NCBI GenBank assembly: GCA_002839495.1 | Contig: PGYD01000002.1 | Coordinates: 1-62,884, forward strand | DNA length: 62,884 nt | Origin: Planctomycetes bacterium HGW-Planctomycetes-1 | GTDB lineage: Bacteria; Planctomycetota; Phycisphaerae; Sedimentisphaerales; UBA12454 | Reading direction: 5' to 3' | Shown: positions 36,334 to 45,920 of the stretch, piece by piece | Layout: each line of letters begins with the position of its first letter | Position numbering within the stretch: position 1 is the stretch's first letter | The notes under the pieces: generated by a model | Databases searched by the model: none | Told to the model about the DNA's origin: nothing | The model's input: the letters and a program-made list of their open reading frames with translations, nothing else | Translations under genes and position numbers: made by a program

Positions 36334-36786
36334 CTAAACATCGAACTGCGGCCGGCTGCAAAATTGAAACGCCACCTGTTTTTTATTGGTTTTTGGGACA
36401 GATTGAGGCTCAATTACCCTGACAACCCTTGCATAAGCCGAAACCTTGCCGCCGATTTGGTCGGTCCTGTCAACACGAGATATATCCAGCTCAACATTGA
36501 AAAGGTCGCCGGTATCCATAGCGGCTTCCTGACCGCTTTCAATCAACAGACCATCGGGACTGATATTGACGCTATTGCCGACAAATGCCTTCTCGTCCAT
36601 TGTACCGACTTTACGGCACAATATCCCCATCCTGACAAGCAGTCGCCTGTGTTTCCTTCTTTCGTTTTCTCCTCCCATCATTTCAACGCCTTTAATATTA
36701 ATAAAAAAGCTAATTTTTTCGCTCTTATAGGACTGTTGCAAATAATATACCAAAAAAACTATACCAAAAACACCCCATATTAACAC
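36334..36786 (-). CDS. PilZ-domain protein
   Basis: RRKHRRLLVRM...VGNSVNISPDGLLIES (RxxxR and D/NxSxxG). The N-terminal hydrophobic stretch leaves the start uncertain. Confidence 0.65.
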   Translation of the reverse strand: MLIWGVFGIVFLVYYLQQSYKSEKISFFINIKGVEMMGGENERRKHRRLLVRMGILCRKVGTMDEKAFVGNSVNISPDGLLIESGQEAAMDTGDLFNVELDISRVDRTDQIGGKVSAYARVVRVIEPQSVPKTNKKQVAFQFCSRPQFDV

Positions 36787-37043
36787 GTTTAAGCATAGCC
36801 AAAATATAGACTTATAGGATTTCCGCCGCGAATTTTAAACTTGGGAAGTTGTGAATTTAGCCAACATTGTTTAAAAACCGCAACAAAAACCTCTGTTTTC
36901 CGGCAAAAATGTTTGCCTTAAAATCCACATCAATATCTCATTTTTTAAACAAAAACCCATAAAGCCTGACACATAAACATCTTATATATAAAAAACGACC
37001 GATATGCCGAAACATCATTGTTGATTTTTCGCAACATAACTGC

Positions 37044-37073
37044 TTGACTAAAGCTATTTAAATCTATTATAAT
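37044..37073 (+). promoter_or_regulatory. sigma70-type promoter TTGACT-18 nt-TATAAT abutting the kinase start
   Basis: The -10 ends at 37073. ATGs are at 37077 and 37083, and there is no Shine-Dalgarno. Confidence 0.5.
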
Positions 37074-37076
37074 ACT

Positions 37077-38171
37077 ATGCTTATGCCAAATACCAACAAT
37101 CAGCACGTTACCGACAAAGAAATTACTGCCGCTCTTGCCCCGTTTATTCTGCAATCGCTGCCTATCGGCGTTGTCATTTTTGACAAGCAGCTTAAAACGG
37201 TAAGTGCAAATCCGATCGCCGCTGAACTGATAAACCTTCAGGCAAATATCGATGCCTCGCTGACAGCAGGAACCAACGAAAAAATCTGGAGCGACTGGCA
37301 CAAAATACTCACTGAAGTTGTAGAAATCGGGAAAATTAGCCGGTTCGACAACGTTGCCTATCGCAAAAGGGAAAAGCCGTCAGTCTTACAGATAACCTGT
37401 GCGCCGCTGACCGACGGCCTTAACGGCGTCATACAGGGCGGACTGCTGCTGCTCGAAGACATTACTGAAAAGGCAAACGCACAAAAACAAATGGCAAACA
37501 CCGAACGGCTCGCCGTTATGGGAAAGCTCGCAAGCAAAGTCGCGCACGAATTAAACAATCCTATCGACGGCATAATGCGGTATATCAACCTGGCAAAAAG
37601 AACCATCAGCGAGGCAAACCTGCCGAAACCGGTAGAGTATCTCGAACACGCCGGCGACGGCCTAAAAAGAATGGTACAGATTATTACCGAATTGCTCGAA
37701 TTTTCCCGCAACCGCTATTCGTCCCTTGAGGATACTCCTATCGACAAACTTCTCGACGATGCAATCAAATTTATCGAGCCTGCGGCAAAGGCATCGGCGG
37801 TAGAGATAGAACGGCAGTATCCATCGGGCCTGCCGGCGGTTAAAGGCGGAAATTTGTTTCAGGTATTCTGCAACCTGCTGAAAAACGCTGTCGAGGCGAT
37901 GCCGGACGGCGGAAAGGCAACGATAAGCTGGGATACTTCAGAGAATAATATCGCGACAATAAAATTCCACGATACGGGTCCCGGCTTCGACCCGGCAAAC
38001 AGCGAAGAAATCTTCGAGCCGTTCTTTACGACAAAAACAGGTAAAGGCACCGGTTTGGGTCTTGCTATATGCAGGGACATAATCGAAAAATATAACGGTA
38101 AAATCACCGCCCAAAATTCTCCGTCAGGCGGAAGTATCTTTACGGTGCATCTGCCCTTGAACGAAAAATAA
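37077..38171 (+). CDS. cytoplasmic PAS-domain sensor histidine kinase
   Basis: No TM helix. H-box LASKVAHELNNPIDGI; N and G boxes NLLKNAVEAM, DTGPGF and GKGTGLGLAI. Confidence 0.85.
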   Translation: MLMPNTNNQHVTDKEITAALAPFILQSLPIGVVIFDKQLKTVSANPIAAELINLQANIDASLTAGTNEKIWSDWHKILTEVVEIGKISRFDNVAYRKREKPSVLQITCAPLTDGLNGVIQGGLLLLEDITEKANAQKQMANTERLAVMGKLASKVAHELNNPIDGIMRYINLAKRTISEANLPKPVEYLEHAGDGLKRMVQIITELLEFSRNRYSSLEDTPIDKLLDDAIKFIEPAAKASAVEIERQYPSGLPAVKGGNLFQVFCNLLKNAVEAMPDGGKATISWDTSENNIATIKFHDTGPGFDPANSEEIFEPFFTTKTGKGTGLGLAICRDIIEKYNGKITAQNSPSGGSIFTVHLPLNEK

Positions 38172-38197
38172 AATATAAAAATGGAAATTGAAAACTT

Positions 38198-39586
38198 ATG
38201 AAGCAAAACAGCATTTTAGTTGTTGACGACGACAGGATAATCCTCGATTCGCTGTGCGAGTTTCTCAAGCTCGAAGGCTACAGCACCGCCGGCGCAGAGT
38301 CGTACAAACAGGCGGCAGGCCTGATACAGAAACAGAAATTTTCGCTCGTTATCAACGATGTGAACCTGCCGGACGGCGACGGACTCGAACTGCTCAATCT
38401 AATCAGAAAAAATCATCCGCAAACCGTCGTAATTATCATTACCGGCTACGGCACAATTGAAAGCGCAGTCGAAGCTATCAAATTGGGCGCTTATGATTAT
38501 CTTACAAAGCCGATTGTCGATGACGAACTGCGCCTTACGATTGAAAGGGCGCTAAAACAGCAATTGCTCATCAGCGAAAATGAAAATCTCAAGAACCAGC
38601 TCGAACGCAAGTACAGTCTCGAAAACATAATCAGTCAGGACTACAAAATGGCGAGGATTTTCGACCTCGTCGAGGCCGTCGCAGACAGCAGAAGCACTGT
38701 CCTTATGACCGGCCCCAGCGGCACAGGAAAAACTATGCTCGCAAGAGCCATTCATTACCGTTCAGGCAGAAGAGACAAGCCCTTCGTCGAGGTAAGCTGC
38801 GGCGCACTGCCGGAAACGCTGCTCGAAAGCGAACTGTCCGGCCACGTAAAAGGCTCGTTCACCGGCGCTATCAGCGACAAACAGGGCAAGTTTCTCGCCG
38901 CCGATGGCGGAACTATTTTCCTCGACGAAATATCAAGCGCATCGCCTTCGCTGCAGGTCAAACTTTTGCGAGTAATACAGGAAAGACAATTCGAGCCGGT
39001 CGGCAGCAACAAAACCATCACTGTCGATACCCGTGTTATCGTCGCTTCCAATAAGAATATGGTCGAGGAGGTAAAGCAGGGCAGGTTCAGAGAGGATTTG
39101 TACTATCGGCTCAATGTTATAACAATAAATCTTCCCTCTCTCAACGAAAGGCCTGCCGATATACCGCTGCTCGCTGTGCGTTTTATGAAAAATTTCTGTA
39201 TATCCCACAGCCGTGCAAAATTGGGAATTACCGACCGCGCGATGGAGGCTTTGCAGAGATATGATTGGCCGGGCAATGTCCGCGAGCTTGAAAACGTTCT
39301 TGAAAGGGCGGTTCTTCTCAGCAAAACAGACCATATTACTTTGGAAGACCTGCCTGCGAATATAATTTCTCACATCCCCAGCGCCGAACCGGCCGATTAT
39401 CAGGCGATAAGCCTTAAAGATTCGATAGCTGAACCGGAAAGAAAAATTATCCGGGCCGCTCTCGAAGCGAACAACTGGAACAGACAACTCACCGCACAGG
39501 CGTTGCAAATCAACAGAACGACCCTTTATAAGAAGATGAAAAAATACGGCCTCGAAGACGAGGCTCAAAGACTTGGAATCAGATAG
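38198..39586 (+). CDS. sigma54-dependent response regulator (NtrC family)
   Basis: Receiver ILVVDDD...[16 protein letters not shown]+ [31 protein letters not shown]-terminal Fis-type HTH. Confidence 0.9.
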   Translation: MKQNSILVVDDDRIILDSLCEFLKLEGYSTAGAESYKQAAGLIQKQKFSLVINDVNLPDGDGLELLNLIRKNHPQTVVIIITGYGTIESAVEAIKLGAYDYLTKPIVDDELRLTIERALKQQLLISENENLKNQLERKYSLENIISQDYKMARIFDLVEAVADSRSTVLMTGPSGTGKTMLARAIHYRSGRRDKPFVEVSCGALPETLLESELSGHVKGSFTGAISDKQGKFLAADGGTIFLDEISSASPSLQVKLLRVIQERQFEPVGSNKTITVDTRVIVASNKNMVEEVKQGRFREDLYYRLNVITINLPSLNERPADIPLLAVRFMKNFCISHSRAKLGITDRAMEALQRYDWPGNVRELENVLERAVLLSKTDHITLEDLPANIISHIPSAEPADYQAISLKDSIAEPERKIIRAALEANNWNRQLTAQALQINRTTLYKKMKKYGLEDEAQRLGIR

Positions 39587-39731
39587 AAATAATAGTTCCT
39601 GGAACCTTTATATATTTTTTAATGCCATAACCATTTGAAAAATCAGAAGTTAAAAAGGTGTCAGGAACCTTTATCGTCTTTCCTGTACCCTATAGGCCTG
39701 CCGCGGGAGTACCTTATTGGGGTTAATTCGC

Positions 39732-40109
39732 TTAATCGACCGTCCTTACCTGCCGGTTGGCGTCTATCCAGAACGTCTCGATTCTTTCTTTTGGAAAGTG
39801 TTTCTTTAGAAATTCCGCCGCTTCTTTCAGTTGTTGTTTTTGTATCTCTTCCGGCGCCGGATTGCCGAGACAATCGTAATGTGCTATTACAGCTATGCCG
39901 ACGGTATTATGCCGCAGGATTGCAAGTTCGACCCTCTTTAATATCGAATCGGTTATTTCACTTTTTTGTTTATCTGCCAGATATTGTACCGGCCCGGCTT
40001 CGGTTATCATATCGACGTATTTAACGTTGAAATATTTTTTTAGAAATGCGACCGCCGGCTCCTGCACGGATTTAATTAACCACGAATAAACACGAATTAT
40101 TTTAGCCAC
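39732..40109 (-). CDS. hypothetical protein
   Basis: 125 aa with a GTG start. Contains VIAHYDCLGNP. Its composition is more protein-like than the overlapping plus-strand ORF. The start is uncertain. Confidence 0.4.
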   Translation of the reverse strand: MAKIIRVYSWLIKSVQEPAVAFLKKYFNVKYVDMITEAGPVQYLADKQKSEITDSILKRVELAILRHNTVGIAVIAHYDCLGNPAPEEIQKQQLKEAAEFLKKHFPKERIETFWIDANRQVRTVD

Positions 40110-40338
40110 CCGCCTTCACTAAAGTTACGGCGAGGCAGGCAGAGACACAGAGAATTGAGAGAAAATAAAATCCGAATCATCGAAATTCAAATGTTTAAAA
40201 AAGGCGGGATGGGAAACGGGGCGGAGATTTTTTGTTCACCGCGAAGTTTATGAAGCGACACGAAGAAATTTTAAAAGGCCGGTTGGAAAGCCCCTGCCTT
40301 TCTGCCAGAGGCGGATAAATATTTGAATTAATTGTTTG

Positions 40339-40520
40339 TTAGTTGCGGGATTTACTTAATAACAAGCTGCCGAGAGAAAGCAGAATTAAAGTGGCAGGTT
40401 CGGGGATAAGCAGGAAAGCATGTTCGTTGCCATCAGGTTGTCTCCGGACCCGTGGCCGATTGAGAGATAAACGGCTTTACCGGCATTTTCAGTAAAATCG
40501 GTCAATTTGTCAGAACTCAT
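40339..40520 (-). pseudogene. orphan PEP-CTERM sorting-signal fragment
   Basis: One minus-strand frame reads ...HAFLLIPEPATLILLSLGSLLLSKSRN* (40339-40476) with no start codon. A 44-codon ATG ORF (40386-40520) runs into it in another frame. Confidence 0.55.
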
Positions 40521-40700
40521 TATTCGATTAGAAACGTTTGTCTGACGATTTTCGATATTTTACAGTTTAGTTTATGCCTTTCAAGAACTGTTTTTATTTA
40601 AAATTTGCTCATCTCGGGACTTTATTATTTATCGGATAATTCCGTGTGCGAGCTTGTAATCGGATTATGGGGGGGTAAAACCGGCGTGGGAATTATGAGA

Positions 40701-40730
40701 TTGACAAATATACCAATTTCGGAATATACT
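40701..40730 (+). promoter_or_regulatory. sigma70-type promoter TTGACA-18 nt-TATACT upstream of the glycan-locus plus-strand genes
   Basis: Read directly; 24 nt upstream of ATG 40754. Confidence 0.45.
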
Positions 40731-40753
40731 TACCCGCCTGTTTACTTTTTGAA

Positions 40754-41500
40754 ATGAGACTTACAAAGATGGACCAAAGCAAATTTTGGAAGACAAGGTC
40801 TGAGAAATACAACAATCTCAAATGGGTAAATGACAATTCTTATATAAGAGCGTTTATTCGGGCCGGCGGTTTTAAAAGAACCGATTTAGTTCTGGACGTT
40901 GGAACAGGTACAGGAGTTATTGCGCATGCCATTTCGCCTTTAGTAAAAGAGGTTATCGGTCTGGATATTTCTCAGGATATGCTGGAGCACAGCAACTGGA
41001 AAGATAATAAATATTTTATCAGGAGAGACATCAGGGAATCTATATTTCATAAAGAAGTTTTCGATAAGATAACAGCACGAATGGTTTTTCATCATATAAT
41101 TGACGATACACAAAAGGCTATGGATGAATGCTACAGGCTGCTGAAAAAAGGCGGGAAGATGATTTTGGCAGAGGGAGTGCCCCCGTCTGCCAAAGTAAAA
41201 AAAGATTACGAAAAAATATTCAAAATAAAGGAAAAAAGAATTACGTTTCTCGAAGAGGATTTAACGGGACTGATGAAAAAAGCCGGGTTTAGTAATATTA
41301 AGATTATCCCTTTTATTATGAATAACTTTAGTATAAAAAATTGGCTCAGGAACAGCGGCTTGTCCGATGCCATGCAAAAAAAGATATACGAAATGCATAT
41401 CAACGGTTCTGATGTGTTTAAAAAGGCATATAATTTGAGAATAGTCGGCGGAGATTGTTTAATAACCACAAAAAGCCTTATTATTGTTGGGAAAAAATAA
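40754..41500 (+). CDS. class I SAM-dependent methyltransferase
   Basis: VLDVGTGTGVIA motif I and LKKGGKMILAEG. Confidence 0.75.
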   Translation: MRLTKMDQSKFWKTRSEKYNNLKWVNDNSYIRAFIRAGGFKRTDLVLDVGTGTGVIAHAISPLVKEVIGLDISQDMLEHSNWKDNKYFIRRDIRESIFHKEVFDKITARMVFHHIIDDTQKAMDECYRLLKKGGKMILAEGVPPSAKVKKDYEKIFKIKEKRITFLEEDLTGLMKKAGFSNIKIIPFIMNNFSIKNWLRNSGLSDAMQKKIYEMHINGSDVFKKAYNLRIVGGDCLITTKSLIIVGKK

Positions 41501-41622
41501 CAATCTTATTTTCTATTGCCAATGTTTTTTTAAGTTCGAAGAAATGTTTTCTCCCGAAAAATGACGATAGTTTAACGCAAATCACTTTATAGTGCTAAAA
41601 GGTTAAGAAAGCGAAAGAATTC

Positions 41623-42597
41623 GTGGGCATTGACAAAGAACAACCATTAGTTTCCATTGGCATAGTGACATACGATCGCCCCGAGGGCCTGAGAACTACG
41701 CTCGAGTGTATTACAGGGCAGAGCTATAAAAACCTTGAGATTATTGTTTCTAATGATTGTTCACCCACGAAGAAGACAGAAGAAGTTGTCAGAGAGTTTA
41801 TGGAACGGGACCAAAGGATAAAATATTATTATCAGAAGAAAAACATAACGGCTTTTCTGAATTATGCTTTTGTGTTGGAAAAAGCAACTGGAGAGTTTTT
41901 TATGTGGGCTGACGATGACAACGAATGGGATAAGTATTTTATAGAGAAATGTATCTCGAAATTCGGGAACTACAGTACGGTGATGTGTAAAGCTCGCACA
42001 TTTTTTTGTGAAACCGGGAAAGTGCTGGAAGGGGAATTGCCGGATTTGTCTCCGGAATACGGTGTGTTTAAGAATGCCTGCACTAACATACTCGAACCTT
42101 CAACAGCATATTATTACGGGTTGCACAAAAGAAGCGATATTTTATGGTATTTGGAAATGGGCGGATTCGATTTTTTCGATTGCTTTCTGGGGACAAAGCT
42201 TATCCTGGATGGAAACGGTATTTTTTTAATAAGAGATTATGCCGGCTATCAGTCGAATGTAGTCGGCACAGAAAGATATTGTTATAAGCCTTATAATCCT
42301 CAGCCGAACAGATGTTTTGAATATAAACCTTTTATACAGGCAAATTTTAAACTGATTGCAGGTTCGTCAAAACTTTCTTATATTCAGAAGTTAATATTAA
42401 AAACTTTTGTGATATGGAGGGTTGGCCGCTGGTATACGAAATTTGAAAAAAGATATAAGCCAATCAGGGTTTGGCTGATTAAAATCTTAATGAGGCAGAT
42501 AAAAGGCATAATTAAACTGCAAAAAGCGATTAAGAAATTGTTTCTTGTTTCCACAAAGGGCGGGAAAAATGTTTGTAATAAGCGATATATCCTTTAA
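41623..42597 (+). CDS. family 2 glycosyltransferase
   Basis: VSIGIVTYDRPEGL...IIVSNDCS...WADDDNEW (DxD). GTG start. Confidence 0.8.
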   Translation: MGIDKEQPLVSIGIVTYDRPEGLRTTLECITGQSYKNLEIIVSNDCSPTKKTEEVVREFMERDQRIKYYYQKKNITAFLNYAFVLEKATGEFFMWADDDNEWDKYFIEKCISKFGNYSTVMCKARTFFCETGKVLEGELPDLSPEYGVFKNACTNILEPSTAYYYGLHKRSDILWYLEMGGFDFFDCFLGTKLILDGNGIFLIRDYAGYQSNVVGTERYCYKPYNPQPNRCFEYKPFIQANFKLIAGSSKLSYIQKLILKTFVIWRVGRWYTKFEKRYKPIRVWLIKILMRQIKGIIKLQKAIKKLFLVSTKGGKNVCNKRYIL

Positions 42598-42621
42598 TTT
42601 TGCGTCCGGAGATTTTTAATT

Positions 42622-44250
42622 ATGGATGTATTTAAGAATAACGGAAGCAAAATTCATAATGTTGTTTTCATTGTAGTTGATATGTTGCGAGTCTGCTATC
42701 TTAAAAAAGGCGGCAATAAGCTGAATATATGCCCCACAATTAATTCTATGGCCGAAAACGGGATTATATGTCTTAATGCGCATTCCAACAGTTTTCCGAC
42801 ACAGTTTTCATATCCGTCTATTTTAACTTCAACACTTCCACTTGATAATGGGGGCTATGATAACGGGATTATTCACAGGCCTTTAACTATCGCAGAAGCA
42901 CTTAGAGATTTAGGATTATATACAATCGGTTATGCTTCCACCGCGTGGCTCGGAAATTTTTACGGCTACAACAGAGGGTTTAAGGAATTTTATGAGCTTT
43001 TTGACCCCGGTAATCTTTGGGGCAATTACGCTGATATATATTATGAGTACTACTACGGTTTGATGGAGAAAAAGATAATTTCAGATGAAGAATTTGTCAA
43101 AATCACAGGCGATTTGTTTGAGCGTACACTGAAAGAACTGCTGCGTTTGTGCCGGCAGACGGAAAAACAATTTGTCGATGCGGTTTTTGAATATGACATA
43201 GCCCTTCATCGTCATAATTTCGCTTTGTATCTTGAGATATTAAATCGAATGTATTCGCAATTCCGGCAAGACCGTAAAAAATTTCTTCTGGAGTTTCTGC
43301 GCAGTCATTTAGAGCTTAATTTTAAAATGTTTTTGACAAATGAGAAGGAAGAATCGGATATCAAAGACATAACAACATTTTTTCCCAGAATCGTCAGAAG
43401 AATTATCAGGTGCTTCGGCGTCAGATTTAGATCGTATAGACAAGCCGTTCCTGCAACATATCTAAGGAAACTGATTAACAGGAAAATAAGCGATAATAAA
43501 AGTACCAAATTTTTCCTATGGTCTCATTTTATGGATGTTCACGACCATGTTTCTATGCCAGGCGAGGTCGGGTTCCCGCCGAATTTATTAACGCTTGGTT
43601 TGCGGCGAATTTTCAGTAATAATGCCATCGCAAGAAAAGAGATGTATTCCTTGCGATATACTGATAATGAGATAGCCAATGTAGTTAATCGGCTAAAGGA
43701 CGAAAATTTGCTGGATTCTACGTTAATAGTGATTTGCGGGGATCACGGCATAAGCGATAAAGCTTACGAATTAAAAGCAGGCAGTTTATTTGATGAAGCG
43801 ACACGCGTGCCGATGATTTTTTATAATCCAAATCTGAAACCCCGCACAATCTCTGCGCCCTGCAGTTTACTGGATATTGGGCCGACGATTTTAAGTTTAA
43901 TAGATGCTCCTGCCCGCTCTGAATTCAAAGGTCAATCAGTGATAGGAGATTTAGCTAATGACAGGATAATATATCTGGAGAGTTTGGGACCGGGGCCGGG
44001 AGATTTGCGGTACAAAGCGATTAAAATTGCGGTGGTCAAAGGCAGACATAAACTGATTTGGCGCGAGAAAGAATATGAAGACAGCTGTTCTGCTGGGACA
44101 AACTATTTGTTTGACCTTATTGATGATCCGAACGAGCAAAAAAATCTTTATAATGACGGCAATTATAAATCTATAGTCTCTGAATTGGAAAAAATTGCAT
44201 CAGAAAGATGCAGTAAGTTAAGAAACGAGTCGGGCTTTATCAGTAAATAA
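42622..44250 (+). CDS. sulfatase/alkaline-phosphatase-superfamily protein with a non-canonical active-site motif
   Basis: VVFIVVDMLR, SYPSILTS where CxPSRxxLLTG would be, and VICGDHGIS. No signal peptide or TM helix is visible. Confidence 0.65.
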   Translation: MDVFKNNGSKIHNVVFIVVDMLRVCYLKKGGNKLNICPTINSMAENGIICLNAHSNSFPTQFSYPSILTSTLPLDNGGYDNGIIHRPLTIAEALRDLGLYTIGYASTAWLGNFYGYNRGFKEFYELFDPGNLWGNYADIYYEYYYGLMEKKIISDEEFVKITGDLFERTLKELLRLCRQTEKQFVDAVFEYDIALHRHNFALYLEILNRMYSQFRQDRKKFLLEFLRSHLELNFKMFLTNEKEESDIKDITTFFPRIVRRIIRCFGVRFRSYRQAVPATYLRKLINRKISDNKSTKFFLWSHFMDVHDHVSMPGEVGFPPNLLTLGLRRIFSNNAIARKEMYSLRYTDNEIANVVNRLKDENLLDSTLIVICGDHGISDKAYELKAGSLFDEATRVPMIFYNPNLKPRTISAPCSLLDIGPTILSLIDAPARSEFKGQSVIGDLANDRIIYLESLGPGPGDLRYKAIKIAVVKGRHKLIWREKEYEDSCSAGTNYLFDLIDDPNEQKNLYNDGNYKSIVSELEKIASERCSKLRNESGFISK

Positions 44251-44265
44251 TGCCGGAGAGATTTT

Positions 44266-45138
44266 TTATATTTTCAGCCAGCTATCGGGAATAAGTTCAT
44301 CGACCTGGCAATTATCCTTTAGGAACCATTTTTTCGGTGCAAATACGAGCTTGTCTGAATAAGGCGCCAGCCAGGCACCCCACCAGTGGAAAGTACTATT
44401 ACCTATTATATGATGTTTGCAAAAACTCATCAGGCGTAAATCTTCATAAGCTTTATCCTGCTGATGGTCTATGTAATTTACCGGATATTGGATTTTTAGA
44501 TTATCCCGGCACCAGTCGAAATCGTTGCTGAAAACAAAGAAATGCGGATTTTTGACTTTCTTGACAAGCTGCTCTATACAGCGGTAATAATAATCGAGGC
44601 CGCAAACGCCATGTTTTTGATTGGCTTTATCGTCGGTTATAAAATCGCCGCGTCTCACGCAGATATTAACAGATTGAATATTTGTCATTAATTCAGCGAT
44701 TTCTTTGTTTTTGCCGGTTAGTTCGTATTTAACTTTAAATTCATCTCGAATGATGTCCGCTATATTTATAAAGTATTTTTCGCTTTGGAAATACCCTTCG
44801 AGGTAAATATTGTCCGGCAGATTGAAAAAATCAGCTTTATATAGTGCTTTATTATATCTGATATGATGTGCCGACAGTGGAGAACGGTTGTGCAGCAGGG
44901 CAAACAGCAGTTTTTGGAATTTGTTTTGCTTTACATCGGTTAGTTTCCTGATTTCTGCGGTAACAGCGACGTTTTCCTGAATGTTAAAATGATACAATTC
45001 ATACTGACGAGGACCTCCATAATAATAAGCTGTTGTGTCGAGTTTTACAATTGTATTGTGTTTATGGGCAAGGCTCCTTGCCGCAGCATATTGAAAAAGC
45101 TGATTACCCAAGCCGCCTTTTAAGTAAACTATAATCAT
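44266..45138 (-). CDS. alpha-1,2-fucosyltransferase (GT11)
   Basis: MIIVYLKGGLGNQLFQYAAARSLA and CVRRGDF. Confidence 0.8.
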   Translation of the reverse strand: MIIVYLKGGLGNQLFQYAAARSLAHKHNTIVKLDTTAYYYGGPRQYELYHFNIQENVAVTAEIRKLTDVKQNKFQKLLFALLHNRSPLSAHHIRYNKALYKADFFNLPDNIYLEGYFQSEKYFINIADIIRDEFKVKYELTGKNKEIAELMTNIQSVNICVRRGDFITDDKANQKHGVCGLDYYYRCIEQLVKKVKNPHFFVFSNDFDWCRDNLKIQYPVNYIDHQQDKAYEDLRLMSFCKHHIIGNSTFHWWGAWLAPYSDKLVFAPKKWFLKDNCQVDELIPDSWLKI

Positions 45139-45920
45139 TTTGCCACATTAAAAAAATCGAATATTCGTTCAAACCTTGTTTTTTTGCCGCGTTTTATCCG
45201 CCGGAACATTTTGCGTATACCCTTTCCCTGTTTGAGGCCGTCGATAAGCTGTTCATAAATTTCTTTGTTGTGCTTGGTATTTATAAAATGAAGAATTTTG
45301 CCTTTTTTAGTCAGGTGAAAATCATTATATATTTTTGCGTCGAATACTTTTATCTTCAGGCCGTTAAAATCCTGAATTTTATTATATACACTCCAGTCGA
45401 TAGTCCGGCTAAGTACGTCGGACAAGGCTTTTTGGTCGGTGGTAAGTTCTTTTTCACATTCCCTTGCCCATAAGCCAACGAGCCGATTGGCGGGACTATT
45501 AAAGAATATAACGCCTGAATTGATAATACCATTATAGAAGTCTATATTCTTGTTTTTTGATTTGTAGCACGTTACGCCGACATCAAAACCGCTTTCTTCA
45601 ACTCTTGTTCTAAACAAACAATCCGCGTCAACGAGTATCATCGGCTCGGAGTAGTTTTCGAAATAATGTTTGGCGCAAAACGGTTTGTGTGTTGCCCTTG
45701 TGCTGGGTATTCCTGTGGAGGAAAGCAAACTTCTTCCTTTGTGATTGACTTTTTCAGTAACGTTTAATGGTATAATAATTGCGTCCAATTGTTTTTTCTG
45801 TTCATCTGTCAGGCCGATATCGTAAATGATTACAGGTTTGCTGTAGAATTGCCTTACGCTTTGAGCCAATTCTTTTAGGCAGTGGAAAAACCCGCTGTCG
45901 CCTGAAGTTACTATATTCAT
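45135..45920 (-). CDS. GT-A-fold nucleotide-sugar transferase-like protein
   Basis: MNIVTSGDSGFF...MILVDADCLF (DxD)...GIINSGVIFF. Its ATG overlaps the upstream GT2 stop (ATGA). Confidence 0.55.
   Translation of the reverse strand: MNIVTSGDSGFFHCLKELAQSVRQFYSKPVIIYDIGLTDEQKKQLDAIIIPLNVTEKVNHKGRSLLSSTGIPSTRATHKPFCAKHYFENYSEPMILVDADCLFRTRVEESGFDVGVTCYKSKNKNIDFYNGIINSGVIFFNSPANRLVGLWARECEKELTTDQKALSDVLSRTIDWSVYNKIQDFNGLKIKVFDAKIYNDFHLTKKGKILHFINTKHNKEIYEQLIDGLKQGKGIRKMFRRIKRGKKTRFERIFDFFNVAK

Noticed and set aside
39635-40024. 129-aa plus-strand ORF overlapping the 39732-40109 minus-strand ORF
   Set aside because: The translation is Leu/Ser/Arg/Pro-rich with no recognisable motif. The minus-strand ORF has a more protein-like composition, although that call is itself weak.
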